A DNA stretch of 64,000 nucleotides from Butyrivibrio sp. (GTDB lineage Bacteria > Bacillota > Clostridia > Lachnospirales > Lachnospiraceae), in the NCBI GenBank assembly GCA_017615275.1, contig JAGAAO010000024.1, positions 4,172 to 68,171 of the forward strand, in the 5' to 3' direction. Position numbers and translations under genes: made by a program. Shown piece after piece: positions 18,238 through 27,781 of this stretch; the stretch's first letter is position 1; every line of letters starts with the position of its first letter. Below the pieces are notes generated by a model. The model was not told the DNA's origin and searched no databases. It was given only the letters and a program-made list of their open reading frames with translations.

Positions 18238-19107
18238 TTAAAGGCCGTTTGCTACCTCGACCAAATATTTGCCGTAATCGGTCTTCATAAGAGGCTCAGC
18301 AAGTTTAAGAAGCTGCTCCTTATCTATGAATCCACGCTTATAAGCAATTTCTTCTATGCATGAGACATAAAGTCCCTGTCTCTTCTGGAATGCGCAGACG
18401 AAATCAGCCGCATCAAGAAGTGAATCGTGATTGCCTGTATCAAGCCATGCAAATCCTCTTCCCATTGTCTCAACGCGAAGCTCTCCGCGACTAAGATACT
18501 CGTTGTTGATGCTGGTGATCTCAATCTCGCCTCTTGCAGAAGGCTTAACGTTCTTAGCGATCTCAACAACGTTGTTGTCATAGAAGTAAAGTCCCGGAAC
18601 CGCATAGTTGCTCTTGGGATGCTCAGGCTTCTCCTCAATGCTGATAGCCTTACCGTTCTCATCGAACTCAACCACGCCGTAAGCTCTGGGATCTCTTACA
18701 TAATAACCGAATATAGTGGCGCCCTTCTCTCTTGCTGCCACATCACGAAGGAGCTTGGAAAAGCTCTGCCCGTAGAAAATATTGTCTCCGAGAACAAGTG
18801 CAACAGAATCGTCACCGATAAAATCCGCACCGATGATAAACGCATCGGCAAGACCTCTGGGCTGATCCTGAACAGCATAGCTAAAGCTCATGCCAAGCTG
18901 CTCTCCTGTTCCGAAAAGATCTTCAAATATCGGAAGGTCTCTGGGAGTTGATATTATAAGTACCTCTCTTATACCTGCAAGCATAAGAGTTGAAAGCGGA
19001 TAGTAGATCATCGGCTTATCATATACAGGCATTATCTGCTTTGAAATAGCTCTTGTAAGCGGATAAAGTCTTGTTCCTGAGCCACCCGCTAAAATTATAC
19101 CCTTCAT
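18238..19107 (-). CDS. rmlA: Glucose-1-phosphate thymidylyltransferase
   Basis: [40 protein letters not shown] and RGFAWLDTG. Confidence 0.97.
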   Translation of the reverse strand: MKGIILAGGSGTRLYPLTRAISKQIMPVYDKPMIYYPLSTLMLAGIREVLIISTPRDLPIFEDLFGTGEQLGMSFSYAVQDQPRGLADAFIIGADFIGDDSVALVLGDNIFYGQSFSKLLRDVAAREKGATIFGYYVRDPRAYGVVEFDENGKAISIEEKPEHPKSNYAVPGLYFYDNNVVEIAKNVKPSARGEIEITSINNEYLSRGELRVETMGRGFAWLDTGNHDSLLDAADFVCAFQKRQGLYVSCIEEIAYKRGFIDKEQLLKLAEPLMKTDYGKYLVEVANGL

Positions 19108-19122
19108 TGTCGTTCTCCTCTT

Positions 19123-20208
19123 TTATCTTCCGGAATACATTTTTGTATAGTATTTCTCGTAATCGCCGCTTGTTACATGCTCCATCCAGTCGCTGTTGTC
19201 AAAATACCACTTGATGGTCTTTCTGATGCCCTCTTTGAACATAGTCTCGGGCTCCCAACCGATCTCTTTCTTGATCTTATCGGGTGCAATGGCATATCTT
19301 CTGTCATGTCCCTTTCTGTCTGTTACATACTTGATAAGATCATAGCTGAGATGAGCCTTTCTGGGATCCGAATCATCTAGTTCTTCCTTCAATATGTCAA
19401 TGATAGTCTTAACTATCTCGATATTCTGCTTCTCGTTGTGTCCGCCTACGTTGTAGGTCTCGAAAAGTTTGCCCTTCTCCTGAACCATGTCGATAGCCTT
19501 GGCATGATCCTCAACATAGAGCCAGTCACGAACATTCTTACCGTCTCCGTAAACAGGGAGATCCTTACCTGCAAGCGCATTGTTAATGATAAGAGGAATG
19601 AGCTTCTCAGGGAACTGATAAGGTCCGTAGTTATTTGAACAGTTTGTGATATTTGCAGGGAACTTATATGTATCCATATAAGCCTTTACGAGCATATCCG
19701 AACTAGCCTTACTTGCTGAGTAAGGGCTGTGAGGTGAATAAGGAGTTGTCTCATAGAAATATGCATTCGGATCGTCATCGAGTGATCCGTATACTTCATC
19801 GGTTGAAACATGAAGGAACTTCTTACCCTCCTTGAAGCTTCCGTCGGGAAGTTCCCACGCCTTCTTGGCAGCGTTGAGCATTGTAGCTGTTCCGAGTACA
19901 TTGGTCTCAACGAATATCTCGGGATTGACGATAGATCTGTCCACGTGGCTCTCTGCCGCAAAATGAACAACTCTGTCAATATCGTTCTCCTCAAAGATCT
20001 TGTTGATCGCGTCTCTGTCACATATGTTTGCTTTTACAAATGTGTAATTCTCGCGTCCCTCAACTTCTTTGAGATTCTCAAGATTGCCTGCATATGTAAG
20101 TGCATCAACATTGATGATGCGGATTTCATTGTCGTATTTTTTAAACATGTAATGAATGTAGTTGGAACCGATAAATCCGGCACCTCCCGTTACAAGATAT
20201 GTTCTCAT
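19123..20208 (-). CDS. rmlB: dTDP-glucose 4,6-dehydratase
   Basis: TGGAGFIG, HFAAESHVDRSI, STDEVYG, YSASK, NNYGP and GHDRRY. Confidence 0.97.
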   Translation of the reverse strand: MRTYLVTGGAGFIGSNYIHYMFKKYDNEIRIINVDALTYAGNLENLKEVEGRENYTFVKANICDRDAINKIFEENDIDRVVHFAAESHVDRSIVNPEIFVETNVLGTATMLNAAKKAWELPDGSFKEGKKFLHVSTDEVYGSLDDDPNAYFYETTPYSPHSPYSASKASSDMLVKAYMDTYKFPANITNCSNNYGPYQFPEKLIPLIINNALAGKDLPVYGDGKNVRDWLYVEDHAKAIDMVQEKGKLFETYNVGGHNEKQNIEIVKTIIDILKEELDDSDPRKAHLSYDLIKYVTDRKGHDRRYAIAPDKIKKEIGWEPETMFKEGIRKTIKWYFDNSDWMEHVTSGDYEKYYTKMYSGR

Positions 20209-20227
20209 TTAAATATACCTTTCCTTT

Positions 20228-21736
20228 TCATTTTTTCGTGGCTATTATATCACAAGTCAGTGTTAAGTAGAAGAGTCCCATGCCGTAGCACATATACCTG
20301 GGCTGTGGAAATATCATGGAGCCCGTAACCACAGAGTTTATAGCGATACCCGAAAGCGTCAGAAATGCAAGTATCATAAATTCGCTCTTCATACTTTTTG
20401 ACTGACCGCCGCTTCCGAATACGTTGCTCATATACAAAAAACCAAACGCCGTCAGATACAGAACATAAATAAACATGGAAATCTGTATAAGTATCTTCGG
20501 ACTTATATTTGCGACCGAGATCACAAATGCCTTCAGAACATTTGCGGTAAACACATAAATTACCGTGCCGCCTTCGCCCTTCGTTATCCTGTCAAAATCT
20601 TTTTTCAAAAGAGTCTTCAATAAGATTCCTTCTATCTCATCCTCTTTGAGCTGTGCATCATACAGCTCAAGATCCGGGAAATGTTCTTTGACATACTCAT
20701 CGCACTTTACAGCCACAACATCGAAGCCTATGACATCATAGCTATCTGCATAGTGGGAAGCCATTGCCACCCAGTCCGAAGTAAATACGTTCGGCTTACT
20801 CTCGGGATCGTATCCCGGCGCAAATTCTATCGTAAGCTGCTGCTCTTTACATGTCTCATAAATATCAGTATACAACTTATCGAGGTCCGGGTATCCGTTA
20901 TAATCCGCAAAAAGCTCTGCGTCCTCACTTTTTGCAGTGTAAAGAACCGTATCAAGTCCTCCTTTACTGTTTCCTATGTGCTCAACAAACCTGCCTCTGA
21001 CAGCAGAGTTGTAGAATCTGTCGATACCGCTTATGCATACGATTGCCGCAAATATCATCAGCACCGTTATAAAAAGCTTATGAAGCCCTTCTCTGTTGTG
21101 TTCAAGTAAATAGATTACAAAAGCCGAAAATCCCCAGATGATGAGACAGATGAGCATCTGCTTTCTGATACTTGCGATAAGTACCCCCAAAAGGAATACA
21201 CTCACAATATTTCTCTGAATATAAGATCTGTATAATTTCCACAGTTCTATGTTGAAAAGAATAAAAAGAGGCATCGCGAGTGCTTCTGTCATGATACACT
21301 CGGAATACATAGATCCCCTGTTTGCGGCAAATCTGTTGAGGGATGCCACCGCCATCTGTGACAGCACTCCGCAATATCCAAGAAATACCGCTTTTTTCTC
21401 GGGAAGATTTCGAATAGCCGTATTGAATATCTCCATTCCCAGTCTCCAGGATGCAAACACCCACAAAAGACTCTGAATGATCACTGCACAAAAAAGATAT
21501 GAGTCCTGTCCGTACATCTGTCCGGAAAAATCAAAGGTCTCATATATCCTTCTTATCAGCATCAAAAAAAGCGGGTAAACAGGTTCCCTGGAAAAGTCCA
21601 TGCTCACATAGCTCTGCGAATCCACGCACCATACAGGCCCGTCCCATACTGCTATTCCGATATAAAAAATTAAAGGCAAAACAAAGGATAGAATCTTAAA
21701 AGATTCCGATCCTTTGTTTCTAATGTTGTAACTCAT
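20228..21736 (-). CDS. Polytopic membrane protein, putative GT-C glycosyltransferase
   Basis: About 10 TM helices; first-loop DSQSY...REPVYPLFL, MTEAL, a large outer loop and C-terminal PRY. Confidence 0.6.
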   Translation of the reverse strand: MSYNIRNKGSESFKILSFVLPLIFYIGIAVWDGPVWCVDSQSYVSMDFSREPVYPLFLMLIRRIYETFDFSGQMYGQDSYLFCAVIIQSLLWVFASWRLGMEIFNTAIRNLPEKKAVFLGYCGVLSQMAVASLNRFAANRGSMYSECIMTEALAMPLFILFNIELWKLYRSYIQRNIVSVFLLGVLIASIRKQMLICLIIWGFSAFVIYLLEHNREGLHKLFITVLMIFAAIVCISGIDRFYNSAVRGRFVEHIGNSKGGLDTVLYTAKSEDAELFADYNGYPDLDKLYTDIYETCKEQQLTIEFAPGYDPESKPNVFTSDWVAMASHYADSYDVIGFDVVAVKCDEYVKEHFPDLELYDAQLKEDEIEGILLKTLLKKDFDRITKGEGGTVIYVFTANVLKAFVISVANISPKILIQISMFIYVLYLTAFGFLYMSNVFGSGGQSKSMKSEFMILAFLTLSGIAINSVVTGSMIFPQPRYMCYGMGLFYLTLTCDIIATKK

Positions 21737-21761
21737 ATAATGTACCTATTTTGCACAGTCA

Positions 21762-24700
21762 TCATCTGTATGAAATATTAAGGTCAACGTTTCCGCTGAT
21801 ACCTGCTACCTTACCCTTAGATGTGTACTGCCACATGTCATACCTTGAAGCTGTGTAGCTCGGACTTGCTGCATACTGAGCAAGCCAGATCTTGTAGCTT
21901 GTAAGCTGACTTGTGTTAATCTTACTTGTAAACCAGGTCTTGTTTGCATAAACACCGGGTCTGTATCCCGCATTCTGAATTGTTCCGCAGAATGCTCTGA
22001 TGTTTGCTGTTCTCTGCGCTGCGCTTATATTATCTCCGCGTCCGTTACTTCCCTCAACATCAAGGTATACGGGATATGTGATTCCGTAACCCTTGCAAAG
22101 TCCGATAACCATTGACGCTTCTTCTACAGCCTCGGCTTCGTTTACCGCCTGTGTAAAGAAGTAAACTCCGACCTTAAGTCCTGCTGCCTGTGCCCCCTTG
22201 ATATTGGTCTTGAAGTTAGGATCTTCGATAAGAGCACCTGCAGATGAACCTCTGTATCCGCATCTGATAATTACAAATTCTATTCCTTCGTTCTTAACAG
22301 CCTTCCAGTCAATATTTCCGTTCCACTTACTTACGTCGATTCCTCTTCCGCCCGATGAGCTTGAAAGAACTCCGTCACTTCCGAATACGTACTTGGCGCC
22401 CTGAATAACCTGTTCACCTGTTACGTATTCTCCGTCCTTGGTGTAGTAGTAAGTCTTGCCGTTTATTGTCTGCCAGCCTTTGTACTTAAACTTTCCTTCA
22501 CCTTTTTCCTGAAGGTAGAACTTCTCTTTGTTGTAGTAATCGGAATATGTTGCTTCTCTGAACTTACCGTCGGAGCCCTTGATATAAACCTGAGTACCGT
22601 CTTGAAGTTTGAGAAGATCTTTTCTGCCCATTACCTTAACTTCAACAGTTGCTGTATTGTATCCCTTTGCAGTGAACTCAATTGTTGTGGTTCCTGCTTT
22701 CTTGGCAGTGATCTTATTTCCTGAAACAGCTGCTATATCACTGTTCTTGGACTTTCCGCTGAGTCCTTCGACATCTGCCTTAACCTCTAATGACTCAGAC
22801 TCAACAAGAGTGATCTTACTGATCTTGAGCTTAGCCTTAAGATCGCTTGCCGCAGTAGGATTGATCTTCTTGATCGTAAATGTAAATGTCTTATATCCTG
22901 TTGCGGAAATCTTTATATCTATAGTTCTGTTGCACTCTTTAAGTGCCTTGATCGTATTTCCTGAAAGCTCAACAAGTCCGTTGTCAGCAGAATTAGCAAG
23001 AGCAATGCTGTATCCCGGAAGCTTGGGATCTACACCTGCAACAGTACATGTGTCGCCGACTTTAAGCTCGACATTATTATTTGATACAGAGAATATCTTA
23101 TCATCAGGCTTTGTAACATTGACTGTTATCTCCGCACTCTCATATCCCTTTGCGGAAACAGTGATCTTTGCAGTTCCTTCTTTCTCTGCCTTGATTGTAT
23201 TTCCGCTTACGGACACACAATCATTGTTTGAAGAAAATGTTACTGTTTCACTTCCTGCTTTTGCCTCAATTGTCTTTGTTGTTCCCGCTTTGATCGATAT
23301 GCTTATCTCGTTTACGGCAACCTTCTTGGGAGCTTCTTCCTTAGGCTTTTCATCCTTGGGCTTTTCATTGCCTGTATTACCGGTTCCGTTTCCGCCGTTC
23401 TGACCCTGTCCGCTATTCTGACCGCCCTGTGAAGGATTGTCATTGTTACCGGTATTGCCGGATCCGTTTCCGCCGCTCTGACCCTGTCCGTTATTCTGAC
23501 CGCCCTGTGAAGGATTGTCATTGTTATTGCCATTGTTGTTTCCGTTATCATTGCCGGAACCACTCTGGCCGTTATCATTGTTCTCTTCTTTTTTGGGTGC
23601 TTCGGTTGAAGCATTATTTCCGGCATCCGTTTTCTCACTGCTACCTGTGCCGGCAGGATCAGCTGTTGTAAGAAGAGCAACAGTTCTGAAGCTTGCAAAA
23701 TCAATCTTTGATGTCTGTGTGGGATTCGGGATCTTATCCTTACCGATTTCTTTGTAAGTACCTGATCCGTCCGTATCACTTCCGTCGAGAGGAATCTTCT
23801 CGCTCTCAACATATTCAACAGTATCCTTAAGTGTGGACTCTACAACAGTCTTAACCGCTGTATCCTCTTTGGCTGCGTTGACCTGTGACTCCTTCTTAAC
23901 CTCGTTACTTACATCAACAGGCTTCATCTCCACCTTATCTTTAACTTCCACAGATTTGGGAGTTGTATCAAGCTTATAATTTGAATAGTCACCGGGAAGT
24001 TCACTCGGTGTAACTTTATATTTTCCGGGCTTAAGATCCTTCTTATAGATGATACCGTCACGGTCGTCATCCTCATAAGAGACTGTCGATCCGTCAGGTG
24101 TAACAACAGATACCTTGAAGGGTACATTTGAAACCAGCTTCTTGGTGTTTCCGTTGATGAACTTCATCTTAAGGTCGCCCTTTATGGAAGTAAGGTTAAG
24201 GCTTACGGAAGCTTCCTGATTCTCGGGTTCTTCTTCCTCTTCCTCTTCTTCCTCATCAACTATCTCAGCGGTCATTGCCTTAGCCTTCTCGGCATCCGCA
24301 ACTGCAATAAGTCCGCTATGTCCGACAATCTCCACATCTTCAACGGTAGCTCCGACATCGGCAAAAGAACTGATCTGGCTGCTCTTACCCATTGCTGATG
24401 AATAGAATATACCGGTTGCAATTGCACCCGCAAAAATAAATACAGCAACAACAGCTGCCACTCTCTCGACCGGAGTTGTATTCTTTATAAACTCTCCGGC
24501 TTTACCCATGAAAGCAACAATCTTATTGCCTTCTCTGTCTTCGGCTCTTCTGTTGGGATGTCTCCTGTCGGTATATCCGCCCTTTAACGAAGCCTTATGT
24601 CCGCGTCCGAACTCTTCGTCATCATACCTATCATCGAATCCGCCGTCATATTCATAATCGTCGTATTCATCATCTTCATAATCGCGGTCACTGTCATCGT

Positions 24701-25301
24701 AGTCGCGATCATACTCGTCTTCTTCGTAATCGCGGTCGCTGTCATCATAATCGTCTTCGTACTCATCTTCGTACTCGTCATCTACGTCTTCAAATTCCTT
24801 GTCAGCTCGCGCAAATTCTTTATCAAAATCGTACTCAACATAACCGTCATCAGCACGATCATCCTTGCGAGCATACTCGCGGTCATCATCGGCATAATCA
24901 CGGTCATCATAGTCACGATCATAATCATCATCTTCATAATCACGATCGTCATCATATTCGCGGTCGTATTCGTCTTCTTCGAAGTCGCGATCGCTGTCAT
25001 CGTAGTCGCGATCGTATTCGTCTTCATAATCACGATCGTCGTAGTCACGGTCGTAATCATCTTCTTCATAATCACGATCGTCGTCGTAGTCACGATCATA
25101 ATCATCGTCATAATCGTCTACGTAATCGCGGTCATCGTCATAATCGCGATCATAATCATCATCATAGTCATCGTAACGTCGGTCATCACGATCGTCATAC
25201 TCTCTGTCGTAATCTTCCTCGTAGTCCCTTCGGTCTCTCCTAAGCTTTCTGTCAGAAGGTTTGCGGCTGAGAAATAATCCGCTCTTAATAATCTTTTTCA
25301 T
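21762..25301 (-). CDS. Membrane-anchored GH25 muramidase with an acidic Asp/Tyr repeat N-terminus, Ig-like repeats and a Gly/Asn/Gln linker
   Basis: C-terminal GIDVSKWNG, IIRCGYRG, VGVYFFTQA, YLDVE (DxE), WLAQY, WQYTS and VDLN; GWQTINGKTYYY wall-binding-like repeat; three SGNxIxA Ig-like units. ATG at 25301 follows AGGGAG. Confidence 0.9.
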   Translation of the reverse strand: MKKIIKSGLFLSRKPSDRKLRRDRRDYEEDYDREYDDRDDRRYDDYDDDYDRDYDDDRDYVDDYDDDYDRDYDDDRDYEEDDYDRDYDDRDYEDEYDRDYDDSDRDFEEDEYDREYDDDRDYEDDDYDRDYDDRDYADDDREYARKDDRADDGYVEYDFDKEFARADKEFEDVDDEYEDEYEDDYDDSDRDYEEDEYDRDYDDSDRDYEDDEYDDYEYDGGFDDRYDDEEFGRGHKASLKGGYTDRRHPNRRAEDREGNKIVAFMGKAGEFIKNTTPVERVAAVVAVFIFAGAIATGIFYSSAMGKSSQISSFADVGATVEDVEIVGHSGLIAVADAEKAKAMTAEIVDEEEEEEEEEPENQEASVSLNLTSIKGDLKMKFINGNTKKLVSNVPFKVSVVTPDGSTVSYEDDDRDGIIYKKDLKPGKYKVTPSELPGDYSNYKLDTTPKSVEVKDKVEMKPVDVSNEVKKESQVNAAKEDTAVKTVVESTLKDTVEYVESEKIPLDGSDTDGSGTYKEIGKDKIPNPTQTSKIDFASFRTVALLTTADPAGTGSSEKTDAGNNASTEAPKKEENNDNGQSGSGNDNGNNNGNNNDNPSQGGQNNGQGQSGGNGSGNTGNNDNPSQGGQNSGQGQNGGNGTGNTGNEKPKDEKPKEEAPKKVAVNEISISIKAGTTKTIEAKAGSETVTFSSNNDCVSVSGNTIKAEKEGTAKITVSAKGYESAEITVNVTKPDDKIFSVSNNNVELKVGDTCTVAGVDPKLPGYSIALANSADNGLVELSGNTIKALKECNRTIDIKISATGYKTFTFTIKKINPTAASDLKAKLKISKITLVESESLEVKADVEGLSGKSKNSDIAAVSGNKITAKKAGTTTIEFTAKGYNTATVEVKVMGRKDLLKLQDGTQVYIKGSDGKFREATYSDYYNKEKFYLQEKGEGKFKYKGWQTINGKTYYYTKDGEYVTGEQVIQGAKYVFGSDGVLSSSSGGRGIDVSKWNGNIDWKAVKNEGIEFVIIRCGYRGSSAGALIEDPNFKTNIKGAQAAGLKVGVYFFTQAVNEAEAVEEASMVIGLCKGYGITYPVYLDVEGSNGRGDNISAAQRTANIRAFCGTIQNAGYRPGVYANKTWFTSKINTSQLTSYKIWLAQYAASPSYTASRYDMWQYTSKGKVAGISGNVDLNISYR
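23374..23526. repeat. Two-copy 78-bp in-frame tandem repeat in the GH25 linker
   Basis: Copies start at 23374 and 23452; each encodes NNDNPSQGGQNxGQGQxGGNGxGNTG. Confidence 0.9.
24600..25235. repeat. Degenerate coding repeat (DDYDRDYDD/RDYEDDEY) in the GH25 N-terminus
   Basis: Recurring tcatcgtagtcacgatc/atcataatc-type units; the protein is almost only D, E, Y and R for about 200 aa. Confidence 0.9.
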
Positions 25302-25403
25302 ACAATCTCCCTGCACGATTAATAAAATCAAATTTTAATATCGTAACTAAATATGTATTCCCCCGACACCCCTCGATACTAGATATAGAATTTTATCATC
25401 TAA

Positions 25404-25432
25404 ATTATGCAATAAAAATAGAAAAATATCAA
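25404..25432 (-). promoter_or_regulatory. Putative sigma-A promoter for the GH25 gene and downstream genes
   Basis: TTGATA-N17-CATAAT on the minus strand, with a second TGnTAAAAT at 25390-25398. Confidence 0.5.
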
Positions 25433-25478
25433 GAAACACTGATTAATTCAGCGTTATCTGCAAACAATCCCCAAAAGA

Positions 25479-27044
25479 TCAGTCAATCCACACAGTGTAG
25501 TCCTTATCAAGAACATATATCGTGTATCCCTCCACATTGCCGATCTCTTCTACAGTCGGATTCTCCCTTGCAAGGAACTTATCAAATTCCTCCGCAAGTG
25601 CATCAGACAAGATATAACACGTAGGGCTTCCAGCATCCTTGATCGGCGGATACCAGGTCTTGTCTGTAAGCCACTTGGCACCCTGAAGCTCCTCCATGGA
25701 ATTAACAGCTCTGATCTTAACTTTATCATTGCTCATAACAGTTATCGTATTTGCATGATCAAAGGTCGAATAGCCGTATTCATAACCTCTTTCCTCCATC
25801 CACTTTGCAACCAGCATCGGAGGTTTGGTATCCGAATTGTCATTTACTATAAGGTCGCGACAGAAGCCCCCCGACTTCACCGCTCCGTATATGATCACAA
25901 GAACTGCAACAATTGCCGTAGCTTCTTTTCCAAACTTTCTCATAAAAAGAGCTGTTCCCGCGCCCACAACAAATATGATCATTATGTAATATCTTGGAGC
26001 CGCCTCAGCCGTGGTAAATGTCGACGACATAATGCACACGACAACTCCTGCTATCAAAGCAAATGTACTCCAGTCTCCCGAAGTAAGAGTCTCCTCTTTC
26101 GGCCCCAGAAGAAGTCTTTTCCCTGTAAAGAAGTATCCGACAGCCGCCAGGATACAGAATATCGCAACAAGCACCGGCATCTTCGCAAAGCTTATAACAT
26201 CAAGGAAGAACGGCCATACGATCTCCGTGAACTTCTCGCCCGCATGCCTTATGTTCCTGCTCGCTCCAAGATTGTAGGAGCCCGTGAAATTCGTCGCAAA
26301 GAAGGCAAGAAAAGATGTGGCAAAAAGCCATAGAAGAATCATGATATTGCCTTGCTTTTCCTTCTTAAAAAACGTCACGATCCTTCTTACAATCTCTATT
26401 CCGAGGATCGGCATATAGCAGAAAATGCACGCATGCATTCCCTGTAATCCGTTGAGAAAAGAAAGAAGCAGAGTAAGTGCAAATATCCACATCGAAATCT
26501 TATTCTTCTTAATTGATCTGTTGTAGATCATCAAGATCAGGAAAAGCGTGATAAAGTGGCTCACATAATAAGCCGCATAAAGAAAGATCATGCTCTGTAT
26601 CTCATCGCTTTCATCCGCGGTCATAAGCGTAAAAGCAATGATTATCGCAGACAATATCTGGATCGCAGAAAAGCCCAGCTGCTTAAAATACAGCACCATG
26701 AGTGCCGTCATTATTATCATCATAACAGTGCATGCAAGTCCCATAGATAAGTTCATGTCATGCCCCGTGACGGGATATAAGAACGCCGCAAGATTCGGAG
26801 CTGATATAACGCACTTCTCCGTTGATCCCACCCAAGTTTCGGGCTGTGAAAAACCATTGTTATAAATAACGGGACCAAGCAAAGTATCCGCCGCAACATC
26901 CGAATCCATCATCAGCGTGTAGTGATTCACATTCGCATCCGAATACACCCACAGCAAAAAGATCAAAACTGCTCCAAGCAAAGCTGTAAGCGTGTATTCG
27001 ACTATTTTTTTATTTCTGTCACTAATCTGAAATATAGTTTTCAT
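25479..27044 (-). CDS. Polytopic membrane protein, putative GT-C glycosyltransferase
   Basis: Acidic MDSD motif after TM1, about 11-12 TM helices, PRYY and a soluble C-terminal domain. Confidence 0.62.
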   Translation of the reverse strand: MKTIFQISDRNKKIVEYTLTALLGAVLIFLLWVYSDANVNHYTLMMDSDVAADTLLGPVIYNNGFSQPETWVGSTEKCVISAPNLAAFLYPVTGHDMNLSMGLACTVMMIIMTALMVLYFKQLGFSAIQILSAIIIAFTLMTADESDEIQSMIFLYAAYYVSHFITLFLILMIYNRSIKKNKISMWIFALTLLLSFLNGLQGMHACIFCYMPILGIEIVRRIVTFFKKEKQGNIMILLWLFATSFLAFFATNFTGSYNLGASRNIRHAGEKFTEIVWPFFLDVISFAKMPVLVAIFCILAAVGYFFTGKRLLLGPKEETLTSGDWSTFALIAGVVVCIMSSTFTTAEAAPRYYIMIIFVVGAGTALFMRKFGKEATAIVAVLVIIYGAVKSGGFCRDLIVNDNSDTKPPMLVAKWMEERGYEYGYSTFDHANTITVMSNDKVKIRAVNSMEELQGAKWLTDKTWYPPIKDAGSPTCYILSDALAEEFDKFLARENPTVEEIGNVEGYTIYVLDKDYTVWID

Positions 27045-27048
27045 ATAA

Positions 27049-27408
27049 TCATCCGTTCAATGGCCCTCCGAGCGCATAGAATACAGCTATTCCTCCAAGT
27101 ATAAATATCATTCCCACAATTTTACGGGGTGTCACTTTCTCTTTGAATACAATCCTGGACATTATCATGACAATGATATATCCCACGGGCTCCATTACAA
27201 CAACTCCCATGTATCCGAGTCCACCGTAACAGCAGATTGAAATACCCATGGACAATACAAGAAGTCCGTATCCGAAGATAACAAGTGCATTCAGATACTC
27301 CCTTATTACCGAAGGATACTTTTTTTCAGCGCTCTTCTTAAGAAGAACCTGTGATGTCGATGCTATAAGTTCAGCAAGAAGCATTAGGAAAAAGTACTTA
27401 TTTATCAT
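27049..27408 (-). CDS. SMR/EamA (DMT) small transporter subunit
   Basis: 119 aa, 4 TM; SQVLLKKSA and VFKEKVT...G. Confidence 0.8.
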   Translation of the reverse strand: MINKYFFLMLLAELIASTSQVLLKKSAEKKYPSVIREYLNALVIFGYGLLVLSMGISICCYGGLGYMGVVVMEPVGYIIVMIMSRIVFKEKVTPRKIVGMIFILGGIAVFYALGGPLNG

Positions 27409-27766
27409 CTGCTTTTTCCTCCGAAGTACTGAAGTTCATAATAATAACGCCTATAAAGACAAGTAAAACTCCGACCACTTTCCAAAAATTGATACCCTGA
27501 CTGAATATTACAAAATTCCAAAGCATTGACCACATCAAAGTCAGCGCCTTGTTTGCATATGCCACAGACAGCTGAAATTTCTTTATCATCTGCTGCCAGA
27601 TGATGGCATAAACACCCAATATGCCAAATTCAAGTGCAAAAAAACATAAATATCCAAAGGAAAGCAACTCATACTTGGACGCAAGGTTTCCCGCCACAGT
27701 CGAAAGCGAATATACGATCACCGCGCCCTGAAGCTGCAAAATATCAACTATTCCTATCTTCTTCAT
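27398..27766 (-). CDS. SMR/EamA (DMT) small transporter subunit
   Basis: 122 aa, 4 TM; YAIIWQQMIKKFQLSVAYAN resembles ArnE/ArnF-type LSxAY; overlaps its partner gene. Confidence 0.8.
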   Translation of the reverse strand: MKKIGIVDILQLQGAVIVYSLSTVAGNLASKYELLSFGYLCFFALEFGILGVYAIIWQQMIKKFQLSVAYANKALTLMWSMLWNFVIFSQGINFWKVVGVLLVFIGVIIMNFSTSEEKADDK

Positions 27767-27781
27767 TTCATCCCACCAAAT

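Noticed and set aside
24600-25235. Possible CRISPR array or DNA satellite
   Set aside because: No constant repeat with unique spacers; units vary at synonymous positions and stay in frame.
24597-25277. Very hydrophobic plus-strand ORFs (also 28724..29428) and Met/Thr-rich alternate frames
   Set aside because: They are by-products of GAY/TAY/GAR repeat codons, which lack stops in other frames.
21762-25301. GH25 as a prophage endolysin
   Set aside because: It is TM-anchored and multi-domain, and no holin, integrase or phage structural genes are nearby.
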